A stretch of 64,000 nucleotides of DNA from Octopus bimaculoides (taxonomy: Eukaryota). Shown piece after piece: positions 24,635 through 36,965 of this stretch. Location: positions 50,647,025-50,711,024 of the forward strand of contig NC_068994.1 in assembly GCF_001194135.2 (NCBI RefSeq), given 5' to 3'. The notes beneath the pieces are model-generated. The model saw only the letters and a program-made list of their open reading frames with translations. It had not been told where the DNA came from and searched no databases. Numbering within the stretch: the first letter of the stretch is position 1; every line of letters begins with the position of its first letter. The translations under genes and the position numbers were made by a program.

Positions 24635-25138
24635 GTATGTCAGTTAAAAAAAAGTTAATCAAGTCTAAGGTGAATGTCATTTCCTTTTTGTTCCTGTTTC
24701 CTCTGCTGAGGTTTTATGTTCATTCATATTTCTAATTTCAAGTCAGCAAAGAAGCCATTTTAGCAGAAAACCTCTATCTACCCATCCATCTGTTTATTCA
24801 TTTACCTATCTACCTACCTGTCTATCTGTCTTCTCCTCCTGTTTATCTACCTGTCTATCTACTTATCTACCTACNNNNNNNNNNTATATATGTTAGGCTG
24901 TGGGAGCTGCTATGTGTGTGTTAGTGAGTGTGTGTGTATACACACACTAACACACACATAGCAGCTCTCACTGTGTGTGTATACACACATAGCAGCTCCC
25001 ACTGTGTGTGTATACACACACACACACTCATGTGTGTTTGCCACATGTGATGTACAGAAATTCTATTATTAATTTTTGTCATTAAATCATGGTTTGAGAG
25101 TACTTTCATTAAAAAAAGCTTTAAGTGTACAAGCTCAT

Positions 25139-25590
25139 CATCATCGTCATCATCGTTTAACGTCCGCTTTCCATGCTAGTATGGGTTGGACGATTTGACT
25201 GAGGACTGGCGAACCAGATGGCAACACCAGGCTCCAATCTGATTTGGCAGAGTTTCTACAGCTGGATGCCCTTCCTAACGCCAACCACTCAGAGAGTGTA
25301 GTGGGTACTTTTACGTGTCACCCGCACGAAGGCCAGTCAGGCGGTACTGGCAACGGCCACGCTNNNNNNNNNNGATGCCCTTCCTAACGCCAACCACTCA
25401 GAGAGTGTAGTGGGTACTTTTACGTGTCACCCGCACGAAGGCCAGTCAGGCGGTACTGGCAACGGCCACGCTCAAAATGGTGTATTTTATGTGCCACCCA
25501 CACAAGAGCCAGTCTAGGGGCACTGGCAACGATCTCGCTCGAAAATCCTTACACATGTCACGGGCACAAGTGCCAGAAAGGCGACGCTGG
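25139..25590 (-). mobile_element. Family B element, long copy with a gap-edge duplication
   Basis: catcatcgtcatcatcgtttaacgtccgctttccatgctag...; segment repeated across the 10-N gap at 25364-25373. Confidence 0.85.
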
Positions 25591-26420
25591 CGACAAGCCA
25601 ATTAGCCAAAGCTTAATGCATGCAGGTTGATGTCCCCTTGTTGTGCATAAAGAAAAGCAGTTAAAACATGCAAACAGGAAAAAACTAATAATTAATATTT
25701 CTTATTTGTGGACAATACATAAGCAAGCATTAATAGTCACTGTTAGCCCTGTTATAACTTGACCCCTTCGTTAACATATTTCTGTTGAAATAAATCCCAA
25801 CCTCCGCTCCAATTAATTTTCAAGATAACGAAGACTTTAACAAAATAACTTTGTCTTTATTATTATTTATTATGGCCGGGTTCCAATCCAGGCTGCAACA
25901 ACAGAGTTTCCAATATCTTCCATGGAAACATGTCCAGCTTGTGGGGAAATATATTACAGGAAAACCGGTAAACGTTAGCAAGAGGAAGGACATCAGGTTG
26001 TAGAAAATTTGCCTCAACAAATTCCACAAAACACACACAAGCAGCATGGAAAAATGGGCATTTTAAAGCTGATGATGTTAATATATATATATATAATGTT
26101 ACATATTCTAAGTTCAAATTCTTTTCAAAAGAAGGTTAATGGTTTAACCGGTGAGAGTTGGGGAGGGTGATAAAATAGTTAGTACTTTAGTACTGGTCAT
26201 TAGCTGAATTAACGAAATTCCTTTCTCTCTATAGATTTTCATTGTTCACATCAATGTTATTAACTTTATCCAGCAAACATAACCCTATTCCTTATGAAGA
26301 ATTCCTGTATACCATATCTTCTGAAAAATAAAAGAATAAAGATTACACAAGGAATGGAATTTACTCAAATATCTACAGGCATATCTCAAATTTGAATACT
26401 GTCTTTATTTCTGTGTCAAG

Positions 26421-26462
26421 TATCTCCTTGAAGACTCCCAGCTGGCCCTGGTCGATATGGAG
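26421..26462 (+). CDS. Candidate 42-nt internal exon
   Basis: ctttatttctgtgtcaAG acceptor; open as ISLKTPSWPWSIW (phase 2 to 2); weak donor AG|GTTATC. Confidence 0.25.
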
Positions 26463-27670
26463 GTTATCAGATAACTGGCAGGAAGAGTCTAAAATGTTAT
26501 TACTACTATTATTTGTATCCCAGCATTGCACAGTGTCTGTAACCAAAGACGTTTAACTTTCAAATGGTTTGATCCATCTCCGACTTGTAAATAAATGATT
26601 AACCCTAGCTCATACTTGATTCAGCAAACCTATAATCAACAGCATTCCAGATGTGACCATCCCACCATTTTATATACTCCTGACTACAGTGTCCAGTATC
26701 TGTCTATCATCATCATCATCATCATTTAATGTCCTCCTTCCATGCTGGCATGGATTGGATAGTTTGACAGGAACTGGCAAGTCAGAAGGCTGTGCCTAAC
26801 TCTACTGTCTGCTTTGACATGGTTTCTATGGCTTTGCTTATTTTTATAAGATGGTAAGGAATGATTTGAGGAGAATTTGGCAGTTCTTGGACCTATCAGC
26901 TCCTGTCAAACCATCCAGCCAATGTCAGCTTAGAACATGGCCATTAAACACTGTTGATGGTGATGATGATGGGTAATACAGCATTAGGTATCTTATGCCT
27001 GAAGTCAAAATGGTATATGGAATGGACATGAATGGGATACCTTTCACCATCAGCTTACTCGGTCAAGTCCATTTTGGCCAAACAACATTCTTACAAAATG
27101 TAAAGAGAGCTAATTTCAAGATTTTAGTAGAAAAATTTAATATATCAATAGGAAGGGCAGTCATTAATTTTCCACAATATGTATTTTTTCCCTTTGACAG
27201 AAAAATTATTTGCATATGATGGATGAGATGCTGCTAAACATTTTGCCCACCATGCTAACAATTCAAATTAATTATGGCTCTGCCTTTGAAATCATCCACA
27301 ACATGCGAGCATCATTTAGTAAATCATCGTCGTCATTGTCGTTTAACGTCTGCTTTCCATGTTGACATGGGTTGGACAGTTTGACTGAAGACTGACAAGC
27401 CAGAAGGCTGTACCAGGCTCCAATCTGATCTGGCAAGATCAAGTTTCCAAAACAACTCTTAGAAATACACAAACAAAATCATTCTGAAATCTACCAGTGA
27501 CTATTGGACTCTTATGATAACGAAGGTGCCACTGTTGATGATTCTTTCAAAGTGCATTACAGATAATTAACTCCTTTTGGTACCATATTTGTATTGAAAT
27601 ATACCACTTTTGTTTTAATTAATTTTGAAAATAATGAAGAATTTAGTAAAATTCCACACATGGCTAATCT

Positions 27671-27838
27671 CTTGTTTATTTCCCATTGAATTCCATCTGA
27701 GAAAGGTTAAGGAGTGACAACTGGCATACCTTTCAATCTAAAACTATAATTTGCTAGTATTTCTGTCTCACCTTGATAATTATATTAGATAGTAGAAGAG
27801 TGGTGTCATTATTGATTTAGTAAAAAAAACACTGAATC
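27671..27838 (+). pseudogene. Decayed duplicate of the 28858-28904 exon and adjacent intron
   Basis: Clear alignment with 28869-29046; 1-nt deletion in the exon part; donor GTAAGG changed to GTTAAG. Confidence 0.6.
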
Positions 27839-28857
27839 ATTATAAACTCTTTTGATACCAACATGGCTGAGACTATCTTTGGTTCTATGATGCAAACCCT
27901 CTGTTTTAAAGATATCTAAACCAAACCTGTCACAATGTTCCTGCTATAGCAGGAATAAATTAAACATCATTTCTGTCAGATTCTTGGTAGAATGGTAATG
28001 AACAACACATGTAGAAAATGCAGCTAATTTTTGCCATTACTTTGTCTGCAATAATTACTCTTGAGCTGTATATATAACAATTTACATTTTTGCTCAGGAA
28101 CCCAGCTGGAGGGTAAAGTTAGACATGGGGGCCCAGGTCTGATAGGGTTAAAACCATTTGTAAAATTTTCATGTTAATTTATGTGTTAAACAACAACTTG
28201 ATATTGACAAAGTTATTTTATTAATTCTTTGTTATTTTCAAAATTAATTGGAAAAAAAAGGCAATTTATTTCAACAGAAACCATCATCATTGTTATTTAG
28301 TGTTCATATTCCATGCTAGCATAGGCTGGATGGTTTGGCAGAATTCAATAAACTACCAGACTTTTGAGTTCCAGTCTCTGTTGGCCTTCTCAATTCCAAC
28401 TACCTTACAGAACACACTCGGTTCTTTGTGACACCAGCACTAGTGAGGTCAGCAAGTAACTTGCAAGACAAAGAAGAGGGTCCCTCAACTGAGACCGTGC
28501 ATTATGCCAGGTGTTGAGAGGCTTAAGTATAATAAAGGGACAAGGGCAGGCACAGGTATCTTGCTGTGGGTTAAGCTGATGTTTGGAACATAAATTACAT
28601 GAAATTTTGATGGAAGGTTTTAAATTAGATTGCGTTAAATCAGGAAGTTTGTACAGGGAACAGTGTGAGGGGGATCTCAGGCAGGCTGGCATCAAAAGGG
28701 TTAGTGATTCATTCCAGTACTTGGGGTATCTGGTATTTCTGTACCCCTTCCTATGACTAATGATTTCACAAAGCCAACCTGCCTCTTGTCAACATAACCA
28801 AAACTGTGACTGACTATGAGGGAATGAAATGCTTGCCACACTCCCTCACATAATTAG

Positions 28858-28904
28858 GAAATTATTTACTTGTTTATTTCCTATTGACATTCCATCTGAG
28901 AAAG
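28858..28904 (+). CDS. Probable penultimate coding exon of an unidentified gene (KLFTCLFPIDIPSEK)
   Basis: Acceptor ...cacataattAG, donor AAAG|GTAAGG; ends in phase 1, in frame with the exon at 29126. Confidence 0.5.
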
Positions 28905-29125
28905 GTAAGGAGGGAGTCAGCACACATCTTTCATTGTAAAACTATAATTTGCTAGTATTTCTTTCTTAGCTTGATAATTATATAAGACAACAAGACGGCA
29001 GATGAGTATTGTCACAATTGAGTTGGTTAAGGAAGACACCAAGTCACAGGTTTTTGTTTCCTTGTTTCTGTTTACTTATTTATTATTCAATAAAGTATCT
29101 ATTCATGTTTAATATTTTCTGGCAG

Positions 29126-29193
29126 GTTTTGAATATGAATATCTGATTGCTGCTGTTTTCCATCAATGGAGAACGCCTCCTCCCTTTAGGTGA
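29126..29193 (+). CDS. Probable last coding exon (G)FEYEYLIAAVFHQWRTPPPFR*
   Basis: Acceptor aatattttctggcAG|G; only one frame open; followed by ~400 nt of unique UTR-like sequence with AATAAA at 29304. Confidence 0.6.
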
Positions 29194-29802
29194 TGTCTGC
29201 TCATAATACACACGATTCACCAGTGTAAAGGCGACTTTCGTTGAACCAAAGCAAACAGTAATCACATATTCATTTTTGAATTTGCCAGAACATATTAAGA
29301 ATGAATAAATAGATGTGTCATTGATCGTATTCAGTGTGTGCACCCCATGAATTATTATCTGTTTGGCAGACATCCGCATGCATCAGCAAATAATTTGTTG
29401 GCTAATTCCTATAAACAAGAGCTTGTGCTCTACTAAACAAGAACAATGAGCCAATCCATTGCAATGAGAAACTCTCTTGGATGATCAGTATGTGTTCATT
29501 TACAATCAATGGCTTATCTATTAGGTGGTAGAACCCAAACTTTTTCTGGAGCAATATACTGTTTATAAGGTACATGAGCTTATGAGACACATCTGTTTAG
29601 GCAAGGTCTTTTTCTTTTTTAAACATTGCTTACCAACAACCTAAACTCCAACACTGTTAGGTTTACAAGATGCAGGGTGATTTTCTGGGTCATTTGTCAT
29701 TTTTTTGTAAGTGCATCCTATCAGTAAATATCTTCCATCTTAACCTCCTCTTATTCCACAGGCTATTTTATTTTTGTTTAATCCCGGCTTAACCCTGATT
29801 GA

Positions 29803-30026
29803 CCCTTTAGCATCCAAATTACTCTGAAAAATGTAAAGCTTATTTATTCATCTTATTTTGAATTAATCATGTATCATCTCATAGATTTGATTGAGATTTT
29901 GATGATGCTATTGTCTATATTTAGAATGACATTGTAAGGTAGTTATGAGAGACTAGATCTGGCCAGTTTGAACATAAAACAGGACATATATCTGGACCAG
30001 ATGTGGCCAGTTTAAATACTAAAGGA
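29803..30026. mobile_element. piggyBac-type MITE PB1
   Basis: ttga-ccctttagcatcc ... aatactaaagga-TTAA. Confidence 0.8.
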
Positions 30027-30165
30027 TTAAAGATTTATGCTCAGACAATCCAGTTGTGACTATCCCATTGTTGTGAAGTGGGGGCTAACTAACATTACAT
30101 TATTTAATGTATTCTTACCCCAAGATGTTATGAAGTCATTTTAGGGAGATTTGGCTGTTTTTATG

Positions 30166-30235
<70 letters not shown>

Positions 30236-30272
30236 ATATCAAACAATAAGCAACACGGATTTCAAAAGTGAT

Positions 30273-30361
30273 TGCAGTACGCACGTTTCATGCTACTTCA
30301 ATTTATTTAAGTAATGTGAGCATTACCTTAAATGCAATATGAAGAGCAATCTTCAGCTGCA
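30273..30361 (-). ncRNA. Type-I hammerhead-ribozyme-like motif
   Basis: UGCAG-CUGAAGA-U-UGCU-CUUCA...UGAAG-U-AGCA-U-GAAAC-GUGC-GUA|CUGCA: stem I 5 bp, stem II, short stem III, GUA cleavage triplet. Confidence 0.55.
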
Positions 30362-30700
30362 CGAAANNNNNNNNNNNNNNNNNNNNNNNNNNNNNNNNNN
30401 NNNNNNNNNNNNNNNNNNNNNNNNNNNNNNNNNNNNNNNNNNNNNNNNNNNNNNNNNNNNNNNNNNNNNNNNNNNNNNNNNNNNNNNNNNNNNNNNNNNN
30501 NNNNNNNNNNNNNNNNNNNNNNNNNNNNNNNNNNNNNNNNNNNNNNNNNNNNNNNNNNNNNNNNNNNNNNNNNNNNNNNNNNNNNNNNNNNNNNNNNNNN
30601 NNNNNNNNNNNNNNNNNNNNNNNNNNNNNNNNNNNNNNNNNNNNNNNNNNNNNTATATATATATATATATATATTAGACATATATATAGAGTATATACAC

Positions 30701-30739
<39 letters not shown>

Positions 30740-30765
30740 GACATATATACAGAGTATATACAAAC

Positions 30766-30804
<39 letters not shown>

Positions 30805-31671
30805 TTTGTATATACTCCGTTATGTCTAATACAGGAAATGCTCTAAAAGAAAATCTAATTAAACTCAAGTCAGACAGCCACCAGGGTAATAAATATATAA
30901 AAAATAAAGGAAGGAGGAATAGTTACAAGTTCAAAGTGTGTGTGTGTTGGTTGGTTTGTCTGTGTGTGTGTGTAGTGTTTAATAAATGTTTTGTCAATGT
31001 TTGCTGATGTATTTAATTATAAAATGACTTGGAACATTCTCCCCTGCCCACCGTAACTTTTGTCTGTAAAAATCTACTCAGAAATCATATTTTTACTGCA
31101 ACATATACAATGCATCAGCTGAGTATTTTATTTATAAGACCTTATTAATGTTGTTGGAGTTGTTATGTTTATTGTTGTAATTATTGCTTGAAAGCTTAAA
31201 ATTTTTTAATTAACAAATATGAGTAGTAGTGGTGTGATGGTGACAACTTTCGTAGTGTTGGTAGGGGGGGGGAGTATTTTAAATCAAACATGTAATATTT
31301 TGTGAGATGGAGAAACTTTCGTGAACTGAAGTTATCCATGCACTGAGTAGACAAAAATTCCCTTTAAGAGTGTTTAAAACCTATAAGCAATGAGCAAGGG
31401 AGATAACTCGAAGAAGGCAAGTTGAAGGAAGTGTTTGGAAAATATTGACTGTCTATATGGCTGAGGATGTGGTCTATAGAGCTAACTGATGAAAGTAAGG
31501 GATGTTTCAGTCTTATTAGACCACTTCAGCAAAATATACTGTGCTGGATATCATTTATTTCCCTGAAACAGCTGTAAGAGCACCTTTCTATTCATAAATA
31601 TCCTACGAATATCAAATTGCCTTGGCCTTGTTATCTTATTTTATTTAACACACACACACACACATATGTGT

Positions 31672-31975
31672 ATGTATGTGTGCATGGTTGTGTGGTAAGA
31701 AGCTTGCTTCCCAACCACATGGTTCCAGGTTTGGTCCTATTGCATGGCACCTTGCACAAGTGTCTTCTACTTGAGCCTCAGGCTGACCGAAGCCTTGTGA
31801 GTGGATTTGGTTAAAGGAAACTGAAAGCCCATATGTATACGTATATATTTATGTGCATGTCTTTGTGTCTGTATTTGTTCCCCCACCAGCACCACCATTT
31901 GACAACTGGTGTAGGGGTGTTTATGTCCCCGTAACTCAGCAGTTCTTCAAAAGAGATCGATAGAATAAGTATCCG
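31672..31975 (+). mobile_element. Family A SINE, 3'-truncated
   Basis: catggttgtgtggtaagaagcttgcttcccaaccacatgg...gatagaataagt. Confidence 0.85.
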
Positions 31976-33106
31976 AGAGAAAGGGTGGAATTGTGGTGCA
32001 GATTAAGAGGCTAAGGGAGAAATACTTGAGTCAAGGGTTTCCTGCTTTCTGATGCAAATGTGGTAGGGTCTCTCTCATTCAAAGATGTAACAGCAAGTTG
32101 AAAATCTTTAGATTAACTGAGATAATCCATGTAGTGAATCTATTCAGATTCCTCTGCTTCTTTTTTGCCTTCTCTATCTACTATATCTGGTCTGGTGGCT
32201 ACCACCCCTCACTAATTGCCACAAACCTTTCTTTCTCTCATGCCTGTTCTTGTTAAGTCCCTCCACCACCATCGTTATCAGGGGCTTCATCAACACCCTA
32301 TCTCTCCTTCCCTATTACTACCACAACCACATCAACAACAACAACAACAACAGTATTTATTTAAACACACTTCAATAGTTAGTAAGAATTCCTCTAATCT
32401 ATTTCTAACCAAGAAAAAACAAACTTTATCACATTGCATTCTCCCTTTGCTGTAGGGACAAAATACCTTGGTTGCAGCAGTAGTGGTGGTGGTGGTGGTG
32501 GTGGTGGGTAGTGGTGCAGGTTCTCTGACTTTAAAAAAAGCATGACCTACTTTCTCTTATTTAAAGCCTATTTCACTTCACTTCTGCTGGGTTATGAAGT
32601 CTAGATGCAGTAGTTCCTGGAGCTGACAAATGCCAGTCCCCACCCCCACGCCTGCTCATCCCTTCCTCCTGGAAAAAGTATTAGTGAAAATTTTTTGCTT
32701 TCTTCTTTAGACAAAGCAGAGTTTGCATCCATATAATACTTCTGTTTTGTTTGTTTGTTTGTTCGTTTTGGGGGTCCTTTTCTTTTTTGTCCTTCTGTCA
32801 GACAAGTTTAGAAATTTAACCCTTTGACTACATAAATAAATTTCATGGTCATTCTTGTAATGATATTAATTAACCACCAAAAAAACCTAACAAAAAAAAA
32901 ATGGATTTGATATTTTCTACTTCTCCAACACTTTTTCAGGTAGTTTCCATATCTACCACAAAAGTATTTGATCCTTGCTCTGTAAAGAGATATTGGATGA
33001 AAATCTGAAAAATTGTCTTTTGTGAAAGGTGTCACTGGGAATAAATATCTCCTCTTCTCACAATATATTCTTTTATTCTTTTACTTGTTTCAGTCATTTG
33101 ACTGTG

Positions 33107-33293
33107 GCAACTTTTCGTCAACTGGGGACCCGTATCGTACCATTTCCAAGTGGGAGAGAGTCATGTGATAAAACACATATGCATGAAATATTACTTGCCC
33201 ACTTTACACTGAATTTTTTGCAATTCAAATTAATTTTATTCGTCTTAGTGTGAAATTAGTAACCTAGAAATTCGTTGAGGGTTGCATAACATG
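33107..33293. mobile_element. hAT-type MITE, second copy of 7817-8061 in opposite orientation
   Basis: ggcaacttttcgtcaa...taccatttccaagtgggaga...catatgcatgaaatattacttg is the reverse complement of 7970-8055. Confidence 0.75.
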
Positions 33294-35520
33294 TCTAGGG
33301 TCACAAGTTGCCTGTGAATGGACTACATGTATTTAACACATGTATGTATATGGATATGTGTGTATATATACACACACACACACACACACACAAACACATG
33401 TACTGTGAGGCAAGTTGGCCAACTGTTTTTAATCTCAAATCAACCAATGTCTTCTGAGAAGATCAAGTAAGCAGAAATTATATTGTATAGATGTATACAT
33501 TTGTAGAAGGTGATGTATATAATGTGTCTATATACATACATGTGTATATGTTCATCAGCCTAAAGTAGTGTGTTGAGTTTCATGTTTTTATTTCGTGAGT
33601 GGAGCATACTTGTTCGGTAAATAGAGATCAATGAAATAAGTATCAGACAGGAGTATGTATTTGAATTGCTATTATCGACAAAAACTCTTGAAGGCAACAT
33701 TCCATCATGACCATAGTCAAAAAAGCTCCAGACCAGTAAAAAGAAAAAAAAAAATAAAGGTATAAGATACCATGCATTCTGTACTGTGTTTGCGTTCATG
33801 CTAAACTGTAAGGGTTGATAAATCCAAACTGGAAACAAACAATAAAATCCTTTATCCCTTTGTATTTACCTTTGTGGTGGTGGCAGCGTTGGTGGTAGCT
33901 GCAGTGAACTCTAAAGCAGGCCAAATCTAGGAGTAACCCAGAGGCTGTTGTATGTTTGTGAGTGAAGATGTCTTTCTTTTGGATGCTGTCAAGGATTTTT
34001 GTATGTAACTCACATAGAAGTTTGCTATCTTATACTTTATTATTAGAAGCTTGCTTATTGACACTTATACCCCAAGCGGTTATTTTTTTCTTCTCTTCTT
34101 CCCCAATAGATAACAGAACTTGAATTTTATGTTTATATTCTTTGGTGAAGTCCTCAACTCTGTCTGCATATTATCATCATGTCTAAATAATAAATCTTAT
34201 TATGCTGTTGGCATGATAGAAGAAAGAAAATGAAAAAAAAAAAAAAGCAGCATATTTCCTCTACCACCATATATATCTGTTGAAGAACACTAGAAAAATT
34301 AGGCTTCAGACACAAATATTAACTGTTAATAAGGTAGTTGGAAGCTGGCAAAGGCTACAAAAGCTTAGCAGCAGGGACAACAATGGGGGGGGGGGAAGCA
34401 ATTGTTCAGCATGGAAGAAGGGAGAAGGCAGGAAGTCTATATTGTGTGATACACAAAAGGTAAATGTAGTGAGATTTCATGCAGGCTGACAGTAGGTAGG
34501 ATTAAGGCTTTATGTCCATGAATAGACTAAAAACTTCACACCATGAATTTGCCTTGCTTTAGCTTGGTGAACATAAGCAGATACTGTTTCCATTACCTGA
34601 ATAACATACTTTACAGGGGCTGGGAGTGGGGTTCAGTGAGATTTTTTAAGGTAAAAGAAATTTAGAAACANNNNNNNNNNNNNNNNNNNNNNNNNNNNNN
34701 NNNNNNNNNNNNNNNNNNNNNNNNNNNNNNNNNNNNNNNNNNNNNNNNNNNNNNNNNNNNNNNNNNNNNNNNNNNNNNNNNNNNNNNNNNNNNNNNNNNN
34801 NNNNNNNNNNNNNNNNNNNNNNNNNNNNNNNNNNNNNNNNNNNNNNNNNNNNNNNNNNNNNNNNNNNNNNNNNNNNNNNNNNNNNNNNNNNNNNNNNNNN
34901 NNNNNNNNNNNNNNNNNNNNNNNNNNNNNNNNNNNNNNNNNNNNNNNNNNNNNNNNNNNNNNNNNNNNNNNNNNNNNNNNNNNNNNNNNNNNNNNNNNNN
35001 NNNNNNNNNNNNNNNNNNNNNNNNNNNNNNNNNNNNNNNNNNNNNNNNNNNNNNNNNNNNNNNNNNNNNNNNNNNNNNNNNNNNNNNNNNNNNNNNNNNN
35101 NNNNNNNNNNNNNNNNCTCTGAGACTGGTATCAGGGTAAAAACAAAGATGAAACTGACTCAGCTCAACACAGCTAACCATTACTTCCCTCCCTGTAAGTA
35201 ACCCCTTTGTAAGGCAATGAAGATGGGGCTACCAGCAAACAGAGCATCCACAGGAGGGCAAGATGTTAATCCTGGAGTCCAGAGGACTCCTGTTGTGTCT
35301 TGCAGTTCCCTCCCTACTTTCTTATCTGTCAACTAATTAAAGCTGCTATCATAACTGTCACTAGTGAAATTTGGCTATAATTACTTAACCCTGGGTCAGT
35401 TATGATCCAGTAGATCTATGATTGAAAATGTTCCAACCATAATCATCCTGTCTGTCTGTCTTTCAGACATTGTGTATCCAAGGCATTGAATGTTTGTTTT
35501 TTTTTTCATATTTTTCTTAT

Positions 35521-35699
35521 CTTTTACTTGCTTCAGTCATTAGACTACAGCCATGGTGGGGCACCACCTTGAATATTTAGTGGAATGGATTGACCCCAGT
35601 ACTTATTTTGTTGAACCGCTAAGTTACAGGGGATGCAAACACACCACATATCAAACGGTGGTGGAGGACAAACACAGATGCAAAGACACACATACATAG

Positions 35700-35738
<39 letters not shown>

Positions 35739-36158
35739 CGACGGGTTTCTTTCAGTTTCCTTCTATCAAATCTACTCAGAAGGCTTTGGTCAGCCCAAGG
35801 CTATGATCACATATTTGTGTACTTGTTTCAGTCGTTAAACTGTGACCATGTTGTGGCACCGCCTTGAAGAATTTTTACTTGAATGAAGCCTGTTATTTAT
35901 TCTATCAGTCTCTTTTCCTGAACCACTAAGTTACGGGGGATGTAAACACATCAACACCAGTTGTCAAGCGGTGGTGGGAAACAAACACACACACACACAC
36001 ACAATGGGATTCTTTCAGTTTCTGTTTACCAAATCCACTCACAAGGCTTTGGTCAGTCCAAGGCTATAGTAGAAGACACTTGCCCATGGTGCCACACAGT
36101 AGGACTGAACCCAGGACCATGTGGTTGTGAAGCAAACTTTTTATCAAATAGCCCCCAC
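35521..36158 (-). mobile_element. Two tandem family A SINE copies
   Basis: 3' ends at ~35525 and ~35821; tRNA-like head at ~36090-36158. Confidence 0.8.
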
Positions 36159-36965
36159 CTTTGAAATCTCAAAGCTGAAAGATAATGCATGCTTAATTCA
36201 AAACCATGTGAATATATAAGCTTTACATCTGACAGAGTCGACTTATTCGAATTCCAAGAGGCTAAGAAATTTGATGCTGATTAGCTACTATTTCTAGCAA
36301 GTTGACTGACGACATACAGTCTCCATTGTGGGCTAAAATTTTCCTGTTTAAATTTAAATTTCTTTTGTTTGTTTTTGAATCCCTGACAGATTAATCAAAG
36401 AATAAATTTAAAACAAAGAGTTAAATGGAATGGAATTCCACTTTTGGTTTTTAACCAACCACACTTCCTCCTTCTGACTTTTACTTGTAACAAACCATTG
36501 TAGTTTTTTTGCTGTGTACCCTACTTCTTTTTTTTCTTCCTTCAACTTATCTCCATCCATATTGTTATCTATTCTACATTGACCAGACACTCCAGATAAA
36601 AAAATTTTTTAAAAATTCCTCTCTCCCTTTCTTTCAAAATTCTCTCATTCTTCACACATTTTCAATTAAGTACCAATGACTAGTTTGTTTGTTTATTTAT
36701 TTGGCTGCAATAGAACTCTGGGAAGCTAGATATTTGAATTTCCTTTTGCTAGGAAAGTATTTGGTTTCACTGCTTCAGAATTCAAATTACCTACCTACCT
36801 ACCAGGGAGTAACTTCACTTTTCTATGAACCAACAAAGAAACTGCTCTGTAGTCACGACCACCTACCTACCAGAAATAGCTGTCAAATAATGACATTAAG
36901 CCAGTAGTTCTCAACCAGAGTCCACTGGACTCTTGGGGGTCCTTATAAGATTTTGTTGCTAAACT

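Noticed and set aside
25266-25470. Apparent tandem duplication in the family B element
   Set aside because: Same 10-N gap-edge overlap artefact.
31495-31535. Hammerhead-like relic on the minus strand (CUGAAGU..GGUC-UAAUAA-GACU-GAAAC)
   Set aside because: A9 of the core is substituted and no stem I pairing can be drawn.
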